A stretch of 64,000 nucleotides of DNA, from assembly GCA_024346625.1 (NCBI GenBank), contig AP024664.1:434001-498000 (forward strand), read 5' to 3'. Shown here piece after piece: positions 21,250 through 32,586 of this stretch (its first letter is position 1; each line of letters opens with the position of its first letter). Under the pieces are notes generated by a model. It was not told where the DNA came from, did no database searches, and worked only from the letters and a program-made list of their open reading frames with translations. The DNA comes from Williopsis jadinii (lineage: Eukaryota). Made by a program: the position numbers and the translations under genes.

Positions 21250-22587
21250 ATGTTCAAGAAGGATGCCTCCATGGCCTTCAGTGAGCTGAGAGTCATCTCT
21301 GATGTGAATTCTGTCCCTGTTCCGTACGCTGGCTGTAAGGTTAGGAGTATCTTGATGCTGTGCTCATGGGACAGATCGCTTTCGCTGATGACACTGACTG
21401 ACTTCACAAAGGTGAACGGCTCCCAGTTCATCAAGGCGTCTGTGCCAACTGAGCGTGTACGAGCAGTTGAAGAGCTGTGTGGTGCGTATGGCGGCTTTGC
21501 TGAGTTCCTCTCGAAGGGGCAACTTGTGCTATTGAAGTGTACTTTGGTGTGTTCCAAGCCATCGGATCGCTACACGTTCCAGTTGGACAGCTTTCAGGTC
21601 TTGAACAACAACCCGATGTCTGTCTTTGGCATGAGCAAGAAGATGAAGTCCAAGGTGAAGCTTTTGGTGTCTTCTCTGAGCAGCTTGGGGTATCTCCAGA
21701 CTGTGAAGAATGGCGACTTTCAAGGCATACTGGATATACTGTCTAGGAAGCGGGATTCCATCACGGAGGAGTGTAACGAGAATCCTAAGAAGCCCAAGAT
21801 TGTCAAGAGTAGTATCCCATCTATCTGCTCGAATGAAGCGCCCTTTGTGAACCCTCTATTCGTCCCAGCGGTGAATATAACACAGAGCACTGCTGATTCC
21901 ATCAAATTCGAAACGCAGTTCTTAGAAACGCAAACTGACACGATACAGCCGGATAGTGGAGCTTCATCCCTGGACAGTGATGGTGACTGTGACCATGACG
22001 GTGCACAAGGGACGTCTGCCACTGTACAGCACCATGTAGTACAGGTGGAGACTTCAAACTCCCTAGAGATGACACCATCGCAGAAATTACAACTGTCCAA
22101 CAGCAATGAGCTGGTCACATCGCCCACGGCCAGAAACTCCGGTGAAGAAGTGATAGACACAGATCCCTTTGCGATTGAAAACATCATGCTTCACACCGAG
22201 TTCAGCCCAGAGGAAGTGTACTACTTCCCAGGTTATATCATTGGCATCGATCCATTCGACATTGAGCTCTACAACCACCGATTCCAAGGCGAAAGAACGC
22301 TCAACAGTTTCCAACTCATCGTCTCGAACCTCCATGAAAAGCACAAGACCTCGTCCATCAACAGGAACTGCCTCAGCCTACGCTACGAAGGACAAGATGT
22401 CTACGATTTCCTAGGAGTTCAGCAAGGCCAGCTGAGTCAAGTAGGCGATATCCGCTCTCTGATGGACAAACTACTACGAATGCAGCGGCGGTTCACCTTC
22501 CGCATAGCGAGAAGACATAAGCCCGTCCACGGAATTACACTGAGCTATTGGGTTTGTCTCGATACATTGCGAGACATCCTAGCATAG
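21250..22587 (+). CDS. Second two-OB-fold protein, putative Cdc13B-like paralog
   Basis: 445-aa ORF. The N-terminal domain has MTLTDFT, followed by a disordered linker. The C-terminal domain parallels the neighbour's OB4 (PGYIIGIDP..FQLIVS..LSL...DVYDFLG..F.I.R..YW...TL..IL). Confidence 0.5.
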   Translation: MFKKDASMAFSELRVISDVNSVPVPYAGCKVRSILMLCSWDRSLSLMTLTDFTKVNGSQFIKASVPTERVRAVEELCGAYGGFAEFLSKGQLVLLKCTLVCSKPSDRYTFQLDSFQVLNNNPMSVFGMSKKMKSKVKLLVSSLSSLGYLQTVKNGDFQGILDILSRKRDSITEECNENPKKPKIVKSSIPSICSNEAPFVNPLFVPAVNITQSTADSIKFETQFLETQTDTIQPDSGASSLDSDGDCDHDGAQGTSATVQHHVVQVETSNSLEMTPSQKLQLSNSNELVTSPTARNSGEEVIDTDPFAIENIMLHTEFSPEEVYYFPGYIIGIDPFDIELYNHRFQGERTLNSFQLIVSNLHEKHKTSSINRNCLSLRYEGQDVYDFLGVQQGQLSQVGDIRSLMDKLLRMQRRFTFRIARRHKPVHGITLSYWVCLDTLRDILA

Positions 22588-22790
22588 ACGACCGAATAGA
22601 CAAACACAGCATGATGTTGATGTTTGCGTAAGAAGTGCCCGGTGCAGCGTCCCGGGCGCTCACGGAGAGCGGACGGGCAGAAAAAAATAAGCGCAAGGAC
22701 GAAAAGGCCTTCAGAGCTTCCCCAAGGGCCAACCTCTCTATACAACACATAACATCAACAACATCGACGGAAAACAATAACAGCTGAAAC

Positions 22791-23462
22791 ATGGGGACCT
22801 GTCTCACCGTAATCAAAGTCGTCGGAACAACCTCGCTTGGTATCTATGCCGGTGTCATTGCCTCAAACTTGTCGAACTACGGCATTATGTCTCATGTGCT
22901 GAAGACCGCAACAGTGGCAACGTCAGAGAAGGCGACGGGGTTGGTTTTGAGCAAGATCAAAACCACCGGTGCTCTGCTGGCGTCGCTCGGTACCATCGCC
23001 ACCGGTGCCTTCATCCTGGCGTACACACAGGCACCAAGGGCCCTGAAGCATCCGTATCTCATCTATGCCTCTTTGGTTGCTCCGCTGACCAGTATCATCT
23101 ACCTGGGATTGACAAGACCTCATCTGCATCAGTACTGTGAGCTGAAGAAGATGAAGAAGCAGAGACAAGCTGAAAGACCAGCCAGTAAGAAGCACAAACA
23201 GGAGGTTATCTCTGACCTGGACAATTCCACGTACAAAGACCTTGGCGATGTGCTGACAACCTCAGATGAGGAGACCCCATCGGCTCAGACAACGTCAACT
23301 GGTGATGAGGACTCTGAAGTTGAACAGGAAGTTGAACTCCATTTGGCTCAAAAGTCGTTGCTGGATACTCTTTACAGCGTACACTTGGGCGATCACATCA
23401 ACGTTGCCATTTCCACGTTGGGCTTTGTCGTGGCCACCGTTGGACTTTACGGCGATCACTGA
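22791..23462 (+). CDS. ATG33: Mitochondrial outer-membrane mitophagy protein, Atg33/Scm4 family
   Basis: MGTCLTVIKVVGTTSLGIYAG start, KHPYLIYA motif, LDNSTYKDL, and a C-terminal VGLYGD. Confidence 0.85.
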   Translation: MGTCLTVIKVVGTTSLGIYAGVIASNLSNYGIMSHVLKTATVATSEKATGLVLSKIKTTGALLASLGTIATGAFILAYTQAPRALKHPYLIYASLVAPLTSIIYLGLTRPHLHQYCELKKMKKQRQAERPASKKHKQEVISDLDNSTYKDLGDVLTTSDEETPSAQTTSTGDEDSEVEQEVELHLAQKSLLDTLYSVHLGDHINVAISTLGFVVATVGLYGDH

Positions 23463-23670
23463 ATTCATATATGCCCTTCTTATATACTACAATCCAGACG
23501 AAATTAACATTCGAAAATACGAGAAATCAAAATGTAGATTTATCTATGAAATGATGATTGTGTGGTAAAACCTTCAAGGTTACCACCATGCTGTGTGTAT
23601 AAACGTTGCTGTGTATCATCCTCTAAGGTGTATCAATTGGCAACGAATGCAACTGTGTGTATCTGTGTGT

Positions 23671-25032
23671 TCAATGTCTAGTTTGCTTCTCCAGGAGAGA
23701 ACCAATACGTTGGATTTGAAAGCTGAAATGATCATCCAACTCATCGTGCATTTCAGCCCATGAAGTTCCGCCCATTGGGTATGACGATGAGGTACCAAAC
23801 AGCGAACAAGTCAAAGATGGAGGTGGCATTGTTCCAGACAATTCAACCTCTAGATCTTCATTCGATGTTGTTGACTGTTGGGCACCGTCGTTTAGGGTAT
23901 TGTACTCTTCTGTAGTCTCTTCATCAACGTCGTGTTGCGACTCCAAAGGCTCCAACTCATCATCCAATCCAAACATCATATTGTTTGAGTCATCTTCAAA
24001 CAATTCGGAACCGTTGTAGTTGACATATTGGTCCATCTCCTGTTCCAATGTTAATCCGGAACCATAAGATTCGTTCAAAACTTCAAGACATTTATCCATA
24101 GATCTATGAATTGGGTTCAGTTGTAACAATTGCATGATCGCATGGAACCCATGTTTGGATAGGTTTGGATACATGTTGAACAGGTGATAAGAAGAGTCCA
24201 CAAATTTCTTGAAGTTTGTATCTGCAGACACGTTCGCCAACTTGAAAGGACATCTTCCAAACAACGTGTACAGAAGAGTGATACCCAATGACCAGTAGTC
24301 TGCCTTTGCAGAGTCATAAGTAACAAGAGGCTTTGAGCTCTTCTTGAAGAAAGTTTCTGGTGCCATATACTTTTCTGTGCCGATACATGGGTCTGCGGCC
24401 TGGCAGCTAAGAGTTGCCAACCCCCAATCAGTGAGCTTTATGGACCCGTTCGACGCAATGAGGATGTTTTCAGGTTTGATGTCCCGATGATAAACACCAC
24501 GTCTGTGTGAGTGCTCGACAGCCGCACACAACTCCTTGACAAACTGTTTGAACAGGATCGGAGAGGAATGCGATTGGAACCCGTGCAACTTTTTGGAGTC
24601 CTTGCTTGCTTGTGATTTCAAAAAGTCGTACAAATCGCCGTGCTCGCAGTACTCAAACACCAAGAAGTAGTGAGACTTGGTCTCAAAGAAGTCTAGCAGC
24701 TGACAGATATTCTGGTGATACCCAACCCTTCTAATCACAGAGATCTCATGGCGAGCCATAATGGAAACCCCCTTTACGGACTTGTCCATCGCTTTGACGG
24801 CAACGTCACGCTCCTTTTGAACGTCACGAGCCAACGACACCTGCCCATATGAGCCAGCCTGGATGTTTGCGAGCTTGAGATATCTGTTGTTCAACAACAC
24901 ACCAGCTTCGTAAGCGCTGTATTCGTTGATGGCATGCTTGTACCCTTCCGTGGCGGCAAGCAACCCAGACGTTGTTGATAGCGCGGCTCCCACTGGTGCC
25001 GCTTCTGGAGTCGTTGTTACCACTGTTGCCAT
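23671..25032 (-). CDS. FMP48: Ser/Thr protein kinase, Fmp48/Ksp1-related
   Basis: EYCEHGDLYDFL, HRDIKPENIL, DWG (in place of DFG), IGTEKYMAPETF, ADYWSLG. It lies next to the ATG33/SCM4 gene, as FMP48 does in S. cerevisiae. Confidence 0.65.
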   Translation of the reverse strand: MATVVTTTPEAAPVGAALSTTSGLLAATEGYKHAINEYSAYEAGVLLNNRYLKLANIQAGSYGQVSLARDVQKERDVAVKAMDKSVKGVSIMARHEISVIRRVGYHQNICQLLDFFETKSHYFLVFEYCEHGDLYDFLKSQASKDSKKLHGFQSHSSPILFKQFVKELCAAVEHSHRRGVYHRDIKPENILIASNGSIKLTDWGLATLSCQAADPCIGTEKYMAPETFFKKSSKPLVTYDSAKADYWSLGITLLYTLFGRCPFKLANVSADTNFKKFVDSSYHLFNMYPNLSKHGFHAIMQLLQLNPIHRSMDKCLEVLNESYGSGLTLEQEMDQYVNYNGSELFEDDSNNMMFGLDDELEPLESQHDVDEETTEEYNTLNDGAQQSTTSNEDLEVELSGTMPPPSLTCSLFGTSSSYPMGGTSWAEMHDELDDHFSFQIQRIGSLLEKQTRH

Positions 25033-25663
25033 CTCTATGAAGTGTTCAAAGAAGTCTCAGAAGCGTCTCTGTTCCTTGTTTGGTGTTGTTGCTGTAGCCG
25101 CTGTTGTGTTTACACGAAAGGAAAACAGCGGAGGGAAGAAATGGGCTTTAAATTTAGACTTCGTGTGACTGAGATGATCACCAGGGAGTGGCGGGTGATC
25201 ACTGCATCACTGACGGGGGTCGCAATTTGATGGCGTTATCGTGTTGCGCGTACCGTAATCTGAGTCATTCGCCACGATCCACACACGCTGGAAGAGGAAT
25301 TGGCTAGAATGTTCTAGAACAGTTTCTCAGTGGTGTCAAGGTGGTTGAATTCTTCGTCAATCTCTGTTTGGTTGAAGGAGATTCTCGTTGGACTGGTCTT
25401 AGGACATACGCTAGATGGTTTGATAGATCTCACTTGTTTTTGCTAATCCGTTGCACAATCGTGGTGATCACAGAGATAGCCTGATAAGGAGGGCCCGTCA
25501 GTGATCACCGATAAGCAGCGATGTGGTCCCATGACAAATCTTGATAAGGGGGAATTTAGCCACACAAAATCGCACGTGCTTACATTTGTTTACATTTGTT
25601 TACGTTTCCGGTACTATGATTGGAGTTGTGGCATTACACTCTTGAAGGTAAATAACAGTTCAG

Positions 25664-27369
25664 TCAGGTCTTTGGACCACATGCAAACCCTCCACTCATC
25701 TTTCTCCTGTTCAACAGCGTATTACCGTCAAAGTTCAGGTGGAACGTAGTATCAACTTGTTTAAAACAGGACGGTGAGAGATCTCTCGATTGTTTTAATG
25801 CATCTTGCTCGCTGACAACTTCATTCTCAACGACAATTGTAGAGTTCTTCTTCCTCTTCATGGTGACGTAGGGAGTCAACGGCAGCGGTGTGCTATGGTG
25901 TGGAAACTTCCTCATGACTGGTGATTTCGCACAAACGTAAACGTCACTCCCACTGTCATCGTCGTCGTCATCCTCGTCATCTTCATTGTTATTATGCTTA
26001 GTCTTGTCATTATCATTATTGGTTGTATCTTCGTCGTCATCGTCATCATCATCTTCATCGTCGTCGCTCTCATCAAAGTAGTCATCCTCCTCTAACAATC
26101 TCCTCAGCGGAGTTGCAGTTCTTTGGATGGAGATACCCTTATCAAAGGCAAACTTCAAAGCCTCTGCTCGAGGACTCAATACACCACTCGACTCCTGTGG
26201 TATCACCTGTTCAAATCTCAAGATCGACTCTGATTTTGTTTGATAGACTGGTGCATCCAAAGCCGGAGTTGTTGGTCTAGAGTTCTTCAAGATCCAAGGA
26301 TCATTAAGTACCTCCTCTGGGCCGTATCTCTTCGTTGGATCAACGGTTAACAGATGAGAAACCAAATCCTTTGCCTCTTTGGAGATCTCATCCCACCAAG
26401 GAGATAAGAAAGTGTATTCACCGCGAGAAACCTTCAGTGTCAGTGTCTTTGGATCTGAGTCGTAAAACGGTGGGAATCCACAGAGCATTGTATACAGCAC
26501 GCAGCCAATTGCCCACATATCCACTGATTTAGAATAAGATTCATCTTTAACGATCTCAGGAGCAGTATAAGATGCGGTTCCACATGGTGTCTTCGTATTT
26601 GAATCCCACAAAACCTTTGACAGTCCAAAATCACCCAGCTTAACACGGCCAACTGTTCCACCACCAACGTTCTGTACAAAGCCACCTTCGTCAACTTTGG
26701 ATGAGTCATCAGACGCACGTCTATGGACACTGGAACCAGCTTCACGTGGGAATAGTGGGATCTTTTCAAAGAATAGGTTCTCAGGCTTGATGTCCCTATG
26801 GACCACTCCAACTTCAGAGTGTAGGTAGTCAATGGCCTTGACCACCTGTATAATGACATGACGAGATAAATCCTCGGAGAAGTATGTGAGCTTAACAATC
26901 TGGTTAAACAGCTCACCACCAGAGACGTATTCCATAATGATAAAGCATACCGTTTCTGTATTGATGTAGTTATACATCTTGACAACATTTGGGTGGTCGA
27001 GACGGCGCATTATGGCAACCTCTTTCAAAACAACGTCCATCTGGCTCTTTGTGAGTTCAGTCTTATCGATGATCTTGATGGCAACATCGATATCGAGTTC
27101 CTTATCGTGAGCTCTGAAGACAGTGGAGAAGGCGCCGTCTCCAATCCGTTCAAGCAGCGAATAGCGGCCAGGCAAATCCGGGTACGGGGAGGAATCATTC
27201 TTCTTGTTCTCCTTGATCTTCTCGGCTGGAGCATCCTCAGCAGCCACCTTCTCCTTCTTACGTATCAAATTCTTAAAGCTCTTGAGATTCTGCAGACGAA
27301 AGGGGGGAGCAGTTGTGTATTAGTACCCATAAACACTAACAAAGGAAACAATGAACTTACCTCTAACAT
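25664..27369 (-). CDS. RCK2: MAPK-activated/CaMK-like kinase, 2 exons: 27369-27361 and 27289-25664
   Basis: YFSEDLSRHVIIQV, HRDIKPENL, DEGGF..VGGG..G.VKL.DFG, TPCGT, FLSPWWDEIS. Exon 1 ATGTTAGAG is followed by GTAAGT..TACTAAT..CAG (intron 27290-27360), giving MLENLKSF. Confidence 0.88.
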
Positions 27370-28020
27370 CGTACACCGTGAGCGCTGTTGAAGAATACAC
27401 TGTGTTGTCCTCGTACGCCTTCTTTCTAGCAAGCAGATCGTTGCTCCTCACTACTTAATTCACACTTCTAATCGGCCACGATTGGGAAGTAGCAGACAGA
27501 AGGAGAAAGTACAAAGAAGGAGAAAAAACCTGTTATTCAAGAAATGTCTCGTTATTCGTTTTCGAGGAAGAGCGGCACACACCAGCGCCAAAAAAAACGA
27601 AAACGAAAAAACGCAAGCCCTCAGCGCTCGCAAAAAAGAAACACAAAACAAAACACACGCCAATTTCCAAATGAGGAAATTACACGATTGAATCAAATAG
27701 TTTTTCCTCTCAAGGGGCTGTGGCTATATACTTTGTTCCTTTAGTTCCACACTCTGGTGAGGGTAAACAGATAGATCAAGCTGCCAAAATCAGCGGTTTA
27801 TATATGTGGAAACCTGGGGCTCCCCTTACCATTTGTCCTTCCCCAGGTTTGGCCCTCCCATTCCGGTATATCAGAATGTATGTTGAGCCATAAATAACAT
27901 GATCGGCCCCTATGACATCATTACACTTAGTTAAGGCACAACATCATGTTGTATAGGCTATTTGCAACGACGCTTGCATATGACGGGGACTTCTGCAGTT
28001 TATACCATTGTGGATGTGTG

Positions 28021-29082
28021 TTATTCGTGTATAGTAACTTGATGTATATACCCCTCACCATCTCCAAATATAGCTCTGTTGTTGTTATTATTGTTACCAC
28101 TGTCGTTGTTATTATTATCGTTGTTAGCTTTAGTGTGGAAAGCTTCAACACATCCAACCATACAGCCTTCTGGTGCCAAATTTAGCGTTGAAAGGTTGTT
28201 CACGACACTGGCATTAGTACTCGGGCCACACGTGGACTGTGCTGAGTGCCTGTCAGCTGTAGATAATTCCCACATGTACACGCATCCGTTTTCACCACCG
28301 CTTAGGACGTGTCTCCTCCTGGAGTTGGGAGAAGACGAAGGTGCTAATGACGAGTACTTTGCTTGTACAGCGAAGGAGGCATCGTCGGGGTCCTTATGCC
28401 AGATGTTCAGAACCCCCTGTTTAGAACCAATGGCTAAGTTTAGCTCTTTCAACCCTCCAAACGTATTCAGCAGTACGGTGCCATCTTGAGTGCTTATATC
28501 TATACATGTTATGCAGTCCTCTAACGGGTCCTTAACCAACAACCCTTTTCTAATGTCGTATCTGTAGAGTACACCGTCACTGCCTCCAGTGATTAGACAG
28601 TGGTTGAGGGAGTCGTACGCTATAGAGTTCAAAGAGTCAGATGAGTCTCGAAACAGCTGTACAGGCCGAAACATTGAGTTTTGTCTCAAATCGTAAATCT
28701 TCACAAACCTATTCTCATCGCAGATAGATATTATGTCCCTGTTTAGAGTTGTTATGTCTGTAATCTTTAGATTTGAGTAGTTCCCTCTGGAATCACCGGT
28801 GTCCAGACCTGGAATAATCCTCCTCAGGGGTTCTGTCCTCGCAATATCGTGTATCACTATTCTATTGCTAACGCTGGCAAATATCGTCGTGTCTATAAAC
28901 TCCATCGCATTGATAACTCTTGTGGCATGCCCTGTATACGTTGAAACGCTGCTGACGGTATTATCCGATCCATGCGAGTATAACTCCACAGAATCTCCCT
29001 GTGAAGTGAAGATAAAGTCCAGCTTCCTGTGTATGCTTGTTATCGGTACCCCGTTAGTTGCATACTTCCCAGTCGACTCCAT
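28021..29082 (-). CDS. WD40-repeat protein, WDR83/MORG1-like
   Basis: WD repeats (YTGH, VKIYDLR..FRPVQ, LITGGSDG...RYDIRKG, VLSGGENGCVYMWEL). The family assignment is from recalled motifs. Confidence 0.6.
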   Translation of the reverse strand: MESTGKYATNGVPITSIHRKLDFIFTSQGDSVELYSHGSDNTVSSVSTYTGHATRVINAMEFIDTTIFASVSNRIVIHDIARTEPLRRIIPGLDTGDSRGNYSNLKITDITTLNRDIISICDENRFVKIYDLRQNSMFRPVQLFRDSSDSLNSIAYDSLNHCLITGGSDGVLYRYDIRKGLLVKDPLEDCITCIDISTQDGTVLLNTFGGLKELNLAIGSKQGVLNIWHKDPDDASFAVQAKYSSLAPSSSPNSRRRHVLSGGENGCVYMWELSTADRHSAQSTCGPSTNASVVNNLSTLNLAPEGCMVGCVEAFHTKANNDNNNNDSGNNNNNNRAIFGDGEGYIHQVTIHE

Positions 29083-29306
29083 TAGACCCGGTTGAAGCCT
29101 CCATTATTTCCTCTACAACTTTGAAGAGATAGAAAAATGACCAGAGAAAGAAAAACTATTCCGGTGAGATTTTCCGAAACCCGACTCGTCACCTCCGCTA
29201 TGACGTCATTTGTTTATCGCAGATCATAATCATTATTATTATTATTTTGATGGTTATATTATAATTAAATGGGTGATAAAATATGCTATACGACGAATAA
29301 ACGAGC

Positions 29307-30650
29307 TTAGAAATTGACAGCGTTGTTAGGTCGGCTGTTATAATGCACTGAAGGGCCTCTGTTCGGTACGTAGGTGTCGTCATCGTAGTTAATGCCATCG
29401 TGATCAGTGTTGCCCAGCTCTGGAGTAGCTTCGTCAGCAACGGTTTCGTCAAAGTACTTTTCATCAATCATCTCCTCCCTCTTGTTCTTGTTGACAAGCT
29501 CACCTTCTGAGTTGATGAAGGATTTGCCTCTGTTTCTGCGTAGGTAGAAGTAGTAGAAAGCACCCCCGACGGCCAATAGCACAGGAACGCCGATGCCAAC
29601 GGTGCAGCCGATGATGACACCGTCGTGGTTGTGGTTGTTGTTCTTTGACTGGGCATTTGGATCGATGTTTGCGTTTGTTGGGGTTGCCGAGCTCGTCTGT
29701 GACTGTGTCACCGTTTCAGAGACCGTTGGAGTGATGACGACTGTGGTTGTGTGGTTGATGACGACTGTACGATCCCCCTGTGTTGTTGTGATTGCGACAT
29801 CCGAGGAGCTTGATGTGCTTGATGTGCTTGATGTGCTTGATGAGCTTGATGAGCTTGAGGAGCTTGATGAGCTTGATGAACTTGATGAACTTGAGGAGCT
29901 TGATGAACTTGATGAACTTGATGAACTCAATGTACTTGATGAACTCCATGAACTCGATGTGCTTGATGACGTTGATGATGAGTCAGATGGTTCAGATGAT
30001 GAGGACGACGTCGACGGTGTTGATAAGGACGATGACAACGTGGTGCTCGACCATGATTCTGACGTTGACGTGGGCGTCAAGATCGACGACGACACTGATG
30101 ACAACCACTCACTGCTGGTAGTCGAGGTCTCAAACACCGAGCTTGGTTCCCAAGACCATGTCTCAGAATCGCTACTCTCAACAGCATCACCAGACGTTTC
30201 CTCAACACTGGACAACCACCCGGAGCTGGTAAACTCATCACTAGAGGAGTCGTCAGCTGAAGTCACTTCACTGCCTACCGAGCTCGTCACATCGGTTGAA
30301 ATGCCAAACTGACTCAAACTTGTCTCGTCCGACGTAGAGATCCCACCCGAAAGGTCCGTCGTTGACGTCTCCCCAGTCCATGTGTTGTTTGCTCCAGTCT
30401 CACTGCTGCTACTGTCGTCCCTCTTATCCAAACACCTCTCAAGCACCGCAAGCTTCTTCACGAACGCATCACGGGCCTCAAAGTATAGCCCTCCACCGCT
30501 GTCGTCCTGCCGTTGTTCCTGTTGCTCGATCCCGCTGCCCCAGTCAATGGAGTGATCATGCAACAGCAGAAGCACCAGACATAATATGGGAACCACTATG
30601 AGCGTATAGTAAGGCACTCTGCTCTTCACCGTCGTATTGCTCGACATCAT
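29307..30650 (-). CDS. MID2: Mid2/Mtl1-like cell-wall integrity sensor
   Basis: N-terminal hydrophobic segment, a long Ser/Thr tract, the Mid2-type TM IIGCTVGIGVPVLL, and a cytosolic FINSEG.LV tail ending in NF. It is close to NUP2, RPS25 and the snR61 cluster, as in S. cerevisiae. First ATG at 30650. Confidence 0.75.
   Translation of the reverse strand: MMSSNTTVKSRVPYYTLIVVPILCLVLLLLHDHSIDWGSGIEQQEQRQDDSGGGLYFEARDAFVKKLAVLERCLDKRDDSSSSETGANNTWTGETSTTDLSGGISTSDETSLSQFGISTDVTSSVGSEVTSADDSSSDEFTSSGWLSSVEETSGDAVESSDSETWSWEPSSVFETSTTSSEWLSSVSSSILTPTSTSESWSSTTLSSSLSTPSTSSSSSEPSDSSSTSSSTSSSWSSSSTLSSSSSSSSSSSSSSSSSSSSSSSSSSSSSSSTSSTSSTSSSSDVAITTTQGDRTVVINHTTTVVITPTVSETVTQSQTSSATPTNANIDPNAQSKNNNHNHDGVIIGCTVGIGVPVLLAVGGAFYYFYLRRNRGKSFINSEGELVNKNKREEMIDEKYFDETVADEATPELGNTDHDGINYDDDTYVPNRGPSVHYNSRPNNAVNF
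29808..29970. repeat. Coding 9-bp tandem repeat (CTTGATGAR-type), poly-Ser on the minus strand
   Basis: gcttgatgtgcttgatgtg...cttgatgaacttgatgaa seen directly. Confidence 0.85.
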
Positions 30651-30880
30651 GGCCTTAACCTCTTGCCTGTTTATCACGAGAGCAGGGAAAACCAGAGGTA
30701 AAAACTCCTTCCAAAGGGTTTTAATTTCAGAAGCAAGTTTTTCTCCTTCTGTGCTTCTTGCAGTGTTTGTTTTTAGAAACAGCTATGCAGAGATGAAATT
30801 TCTCTCGCTTAAACCGTTCCGCATAGAGGAATTTTGTGCGGTGCGAGAGGATGGGAGAGATTTGCTGCTTCGGTGTATAC

Positions 30881-31060
30881 GATGGTGATCGATGGTGGTC
30901 GCTGGTGATCGATGATGGTCGGTGGTGGTCGATGGTGGTCGCTGGTGGTCATTGGTGGTCATTGGTGGTCATTGGTGGTCATTGGTGGTCATTGGTGATC
31001 GCTCGTAGTCGCTCGTGGTCGCTGGTGATCGATGGTGGTCGTTGGTAGTCTACAGGTGGT
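30881..31060. repeat. Degenerate 12-bp tandem repeat (TGGTGGTCAT/GC-type) between MID2 and ADE13
   Basis: gatggtgatc gatggtggtc gctggtgatc ... attggtggtc attggtggtc, roughly 14 units. Confidence 0.85.
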
Positions 31061-31140
31061 CAAGATGCACAACCATCGCTACGCACTAACTAGTGTAAAC
31101 AGCTTGTGTTTTCATAGTAAACAGAGTAGATAAATAGAAA

Positions 31141-32586
31141 TCAGACGGACAGCTTCACCTCCTCAGAAGTGATGGAGTCCTTGAATGGCTCCAGCGCCTT
31201 CTTAACGTCGTTGGCCAGGAACTTCTCAACCTGCTGTGGAGCTCTACCGACAAACGTGGATGGGTCCAACAAAGAATCCAGCTCACTGTGGATTGGTGCA
31301 AAGAACTCGGTCTTCTTGATTCTCTCAATCAAATCGTTGTCACCTCCCTCCTGCTTAACCACGGCAGCAGCTTGATGGGACAGCACTCTGATCTCCTCGT
31401 GCACGTCCTGTCTGGAAGCACCCTTCTCAACCATGGCCATGATGATGTTCTCGGTGGCCATGAATGGCAGTTCACCCTTGATTCTTCTCTCAATCACCTT
31501 TGGATACACAACGAGTCCGGAGGTGATGTTCAACAAGGTTGACAAGAGGATATCAGTCGTGAGGAACGCACTTGGCAGGGAGATACGTCTGATTGCGGAG
31601 TCATCCAAGGTTCTCTCAAACCACTGGACACTGGCAGTTTGAACGGCATCGTTGTACAACGAGCCCAATTGTCTTGCAAGGGAACAGACACGTTCACATC
31701 TCATAGGGTTACGCTTGTAGGCCATCGCAGATGAACCGATTTGGGACTTCTCAAATGGCTCTTCAATCTCCTTCAAGTTGGCCAAGAGACGGATATCGGT
31801 AGCCATCTTATGGGCAGTTGCCGCAAACGACGACAATGGGGACAAGACATCGATATCGATCTTTCTGGAGTAGGTCTGACCAGTCACAGGGTAAACTGTG
31901 TCGAAGCCCAAGAGCTCAGTGACACGCTTGTCCAAGGCCTCAACCTTGTCGTGATCACCGTGGAACAGAGCAAGGAAAGAGGCCTGTGTACCGGTGGTTC
32001 CCTTGACACCTCTGAGACCAATGTCGTTTCTGGCACGGACAAAGTTTCTCAAGTCCCAGAGCAGCTCCTGGATCCAAAGAGTAGCTCTCTTGCCCACAGT
32101 GGTCAGCTGAGCTGGTTGGAAATGGGTCCATCCAAGCACTGGCAAGTCCTTGTACTCCTCAGCAAACTTGGACAATCTGTCGATCACGTTCACCAGCTTT
32201 GGGATCACAATGTCGTACGCGTCTCTGAGGAAGATCAGATCGGCGTTATCAGTAACGAAACATGAGGTGGCACCCAGGTGGATGATACCAGAGGCGCTTG
32301 GACAAATGTCACCGAATGTGTGGACATGAGCCATGACGTCGTGTCTGACCTTGGCCTCCTCAATCGAGGCCAGCTTGATCTCCTCGTCCGTGATCTGCAA
32401 GTGCTGCTTCATCTGCTCGATCGCCTCCTCCGTGATCACGTCAAGACCCAACTCGCGCTCAGCAATGGCCAAGTTCAACCACAGCTTTCTCCACGTGGAG
32501 AATCTGTTGCGCAACGAAAAGACATGGGACATCTCTTCAGATGCGTAACGAGAGGACAACGGTGTGGCGTATTTGTCGTTGGACAT
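31141..32586 (-). CDS. ADE13: Adenylosuccinate lyase
   Basis: [30 protein letters not shown] and the fumarase-family signature [10 protein letters not shown]. 481 aa from ATG 32586. Confidence 0.97.
   Translation of the reverse strand: MSNDKYATPLSSRYASEEMSHVFSLRNRFSTWRKLWLNLAIAERELGLDVITEEAIEQMKQHLQITDEEIKLASIEEAKVRHDVMAHVHTFGDICPSASGIIHLGATSCFVTDNADLIFLRDAYDIVIPKLVNVIDRLSKFAEEYKDLPVLGWTHFQPAQLTTVGKRATLWIQELLWDLRNFVRARNDIGLRGVKGTTGTQASFLALFHGDHDKVEALDKRVTELLGFDTVYPVTGQTYSRKIDIDVLSPLSSFAATAHKMATDIRLLANLKEIEEPFEKSQIGSSAMAYKRNPMRCERVCSLARQLGSLYNDAVQTASVQWFERTLDDSAIRRISLPSAFLTTDILLSTLLNITSGLVVYPKVIERRIKGELPFMATENIIMAMVEKGASRQDVHEEIRVLSHQAAAVVKQEGGDNDLIERIKKTEFFAPIHSELDSLLDPSTFVGRAPQQVEKFLANDVKKALEPFKDSITSEEVKLSV

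Noticed and set aside
29593..30312. 239-aa LDE-repeat ORF on the plus strand
   Set aside because: Antisense shadow of the poly-Ser tract of the MID2-like gene.
31141..32586. Alternative CUG code (Ser or Ala)
   Set aside because: CTG occurs at conserved Leu positions (Ade13 RKLW, Arc40 TLKDHD), consistent with standard decoding.
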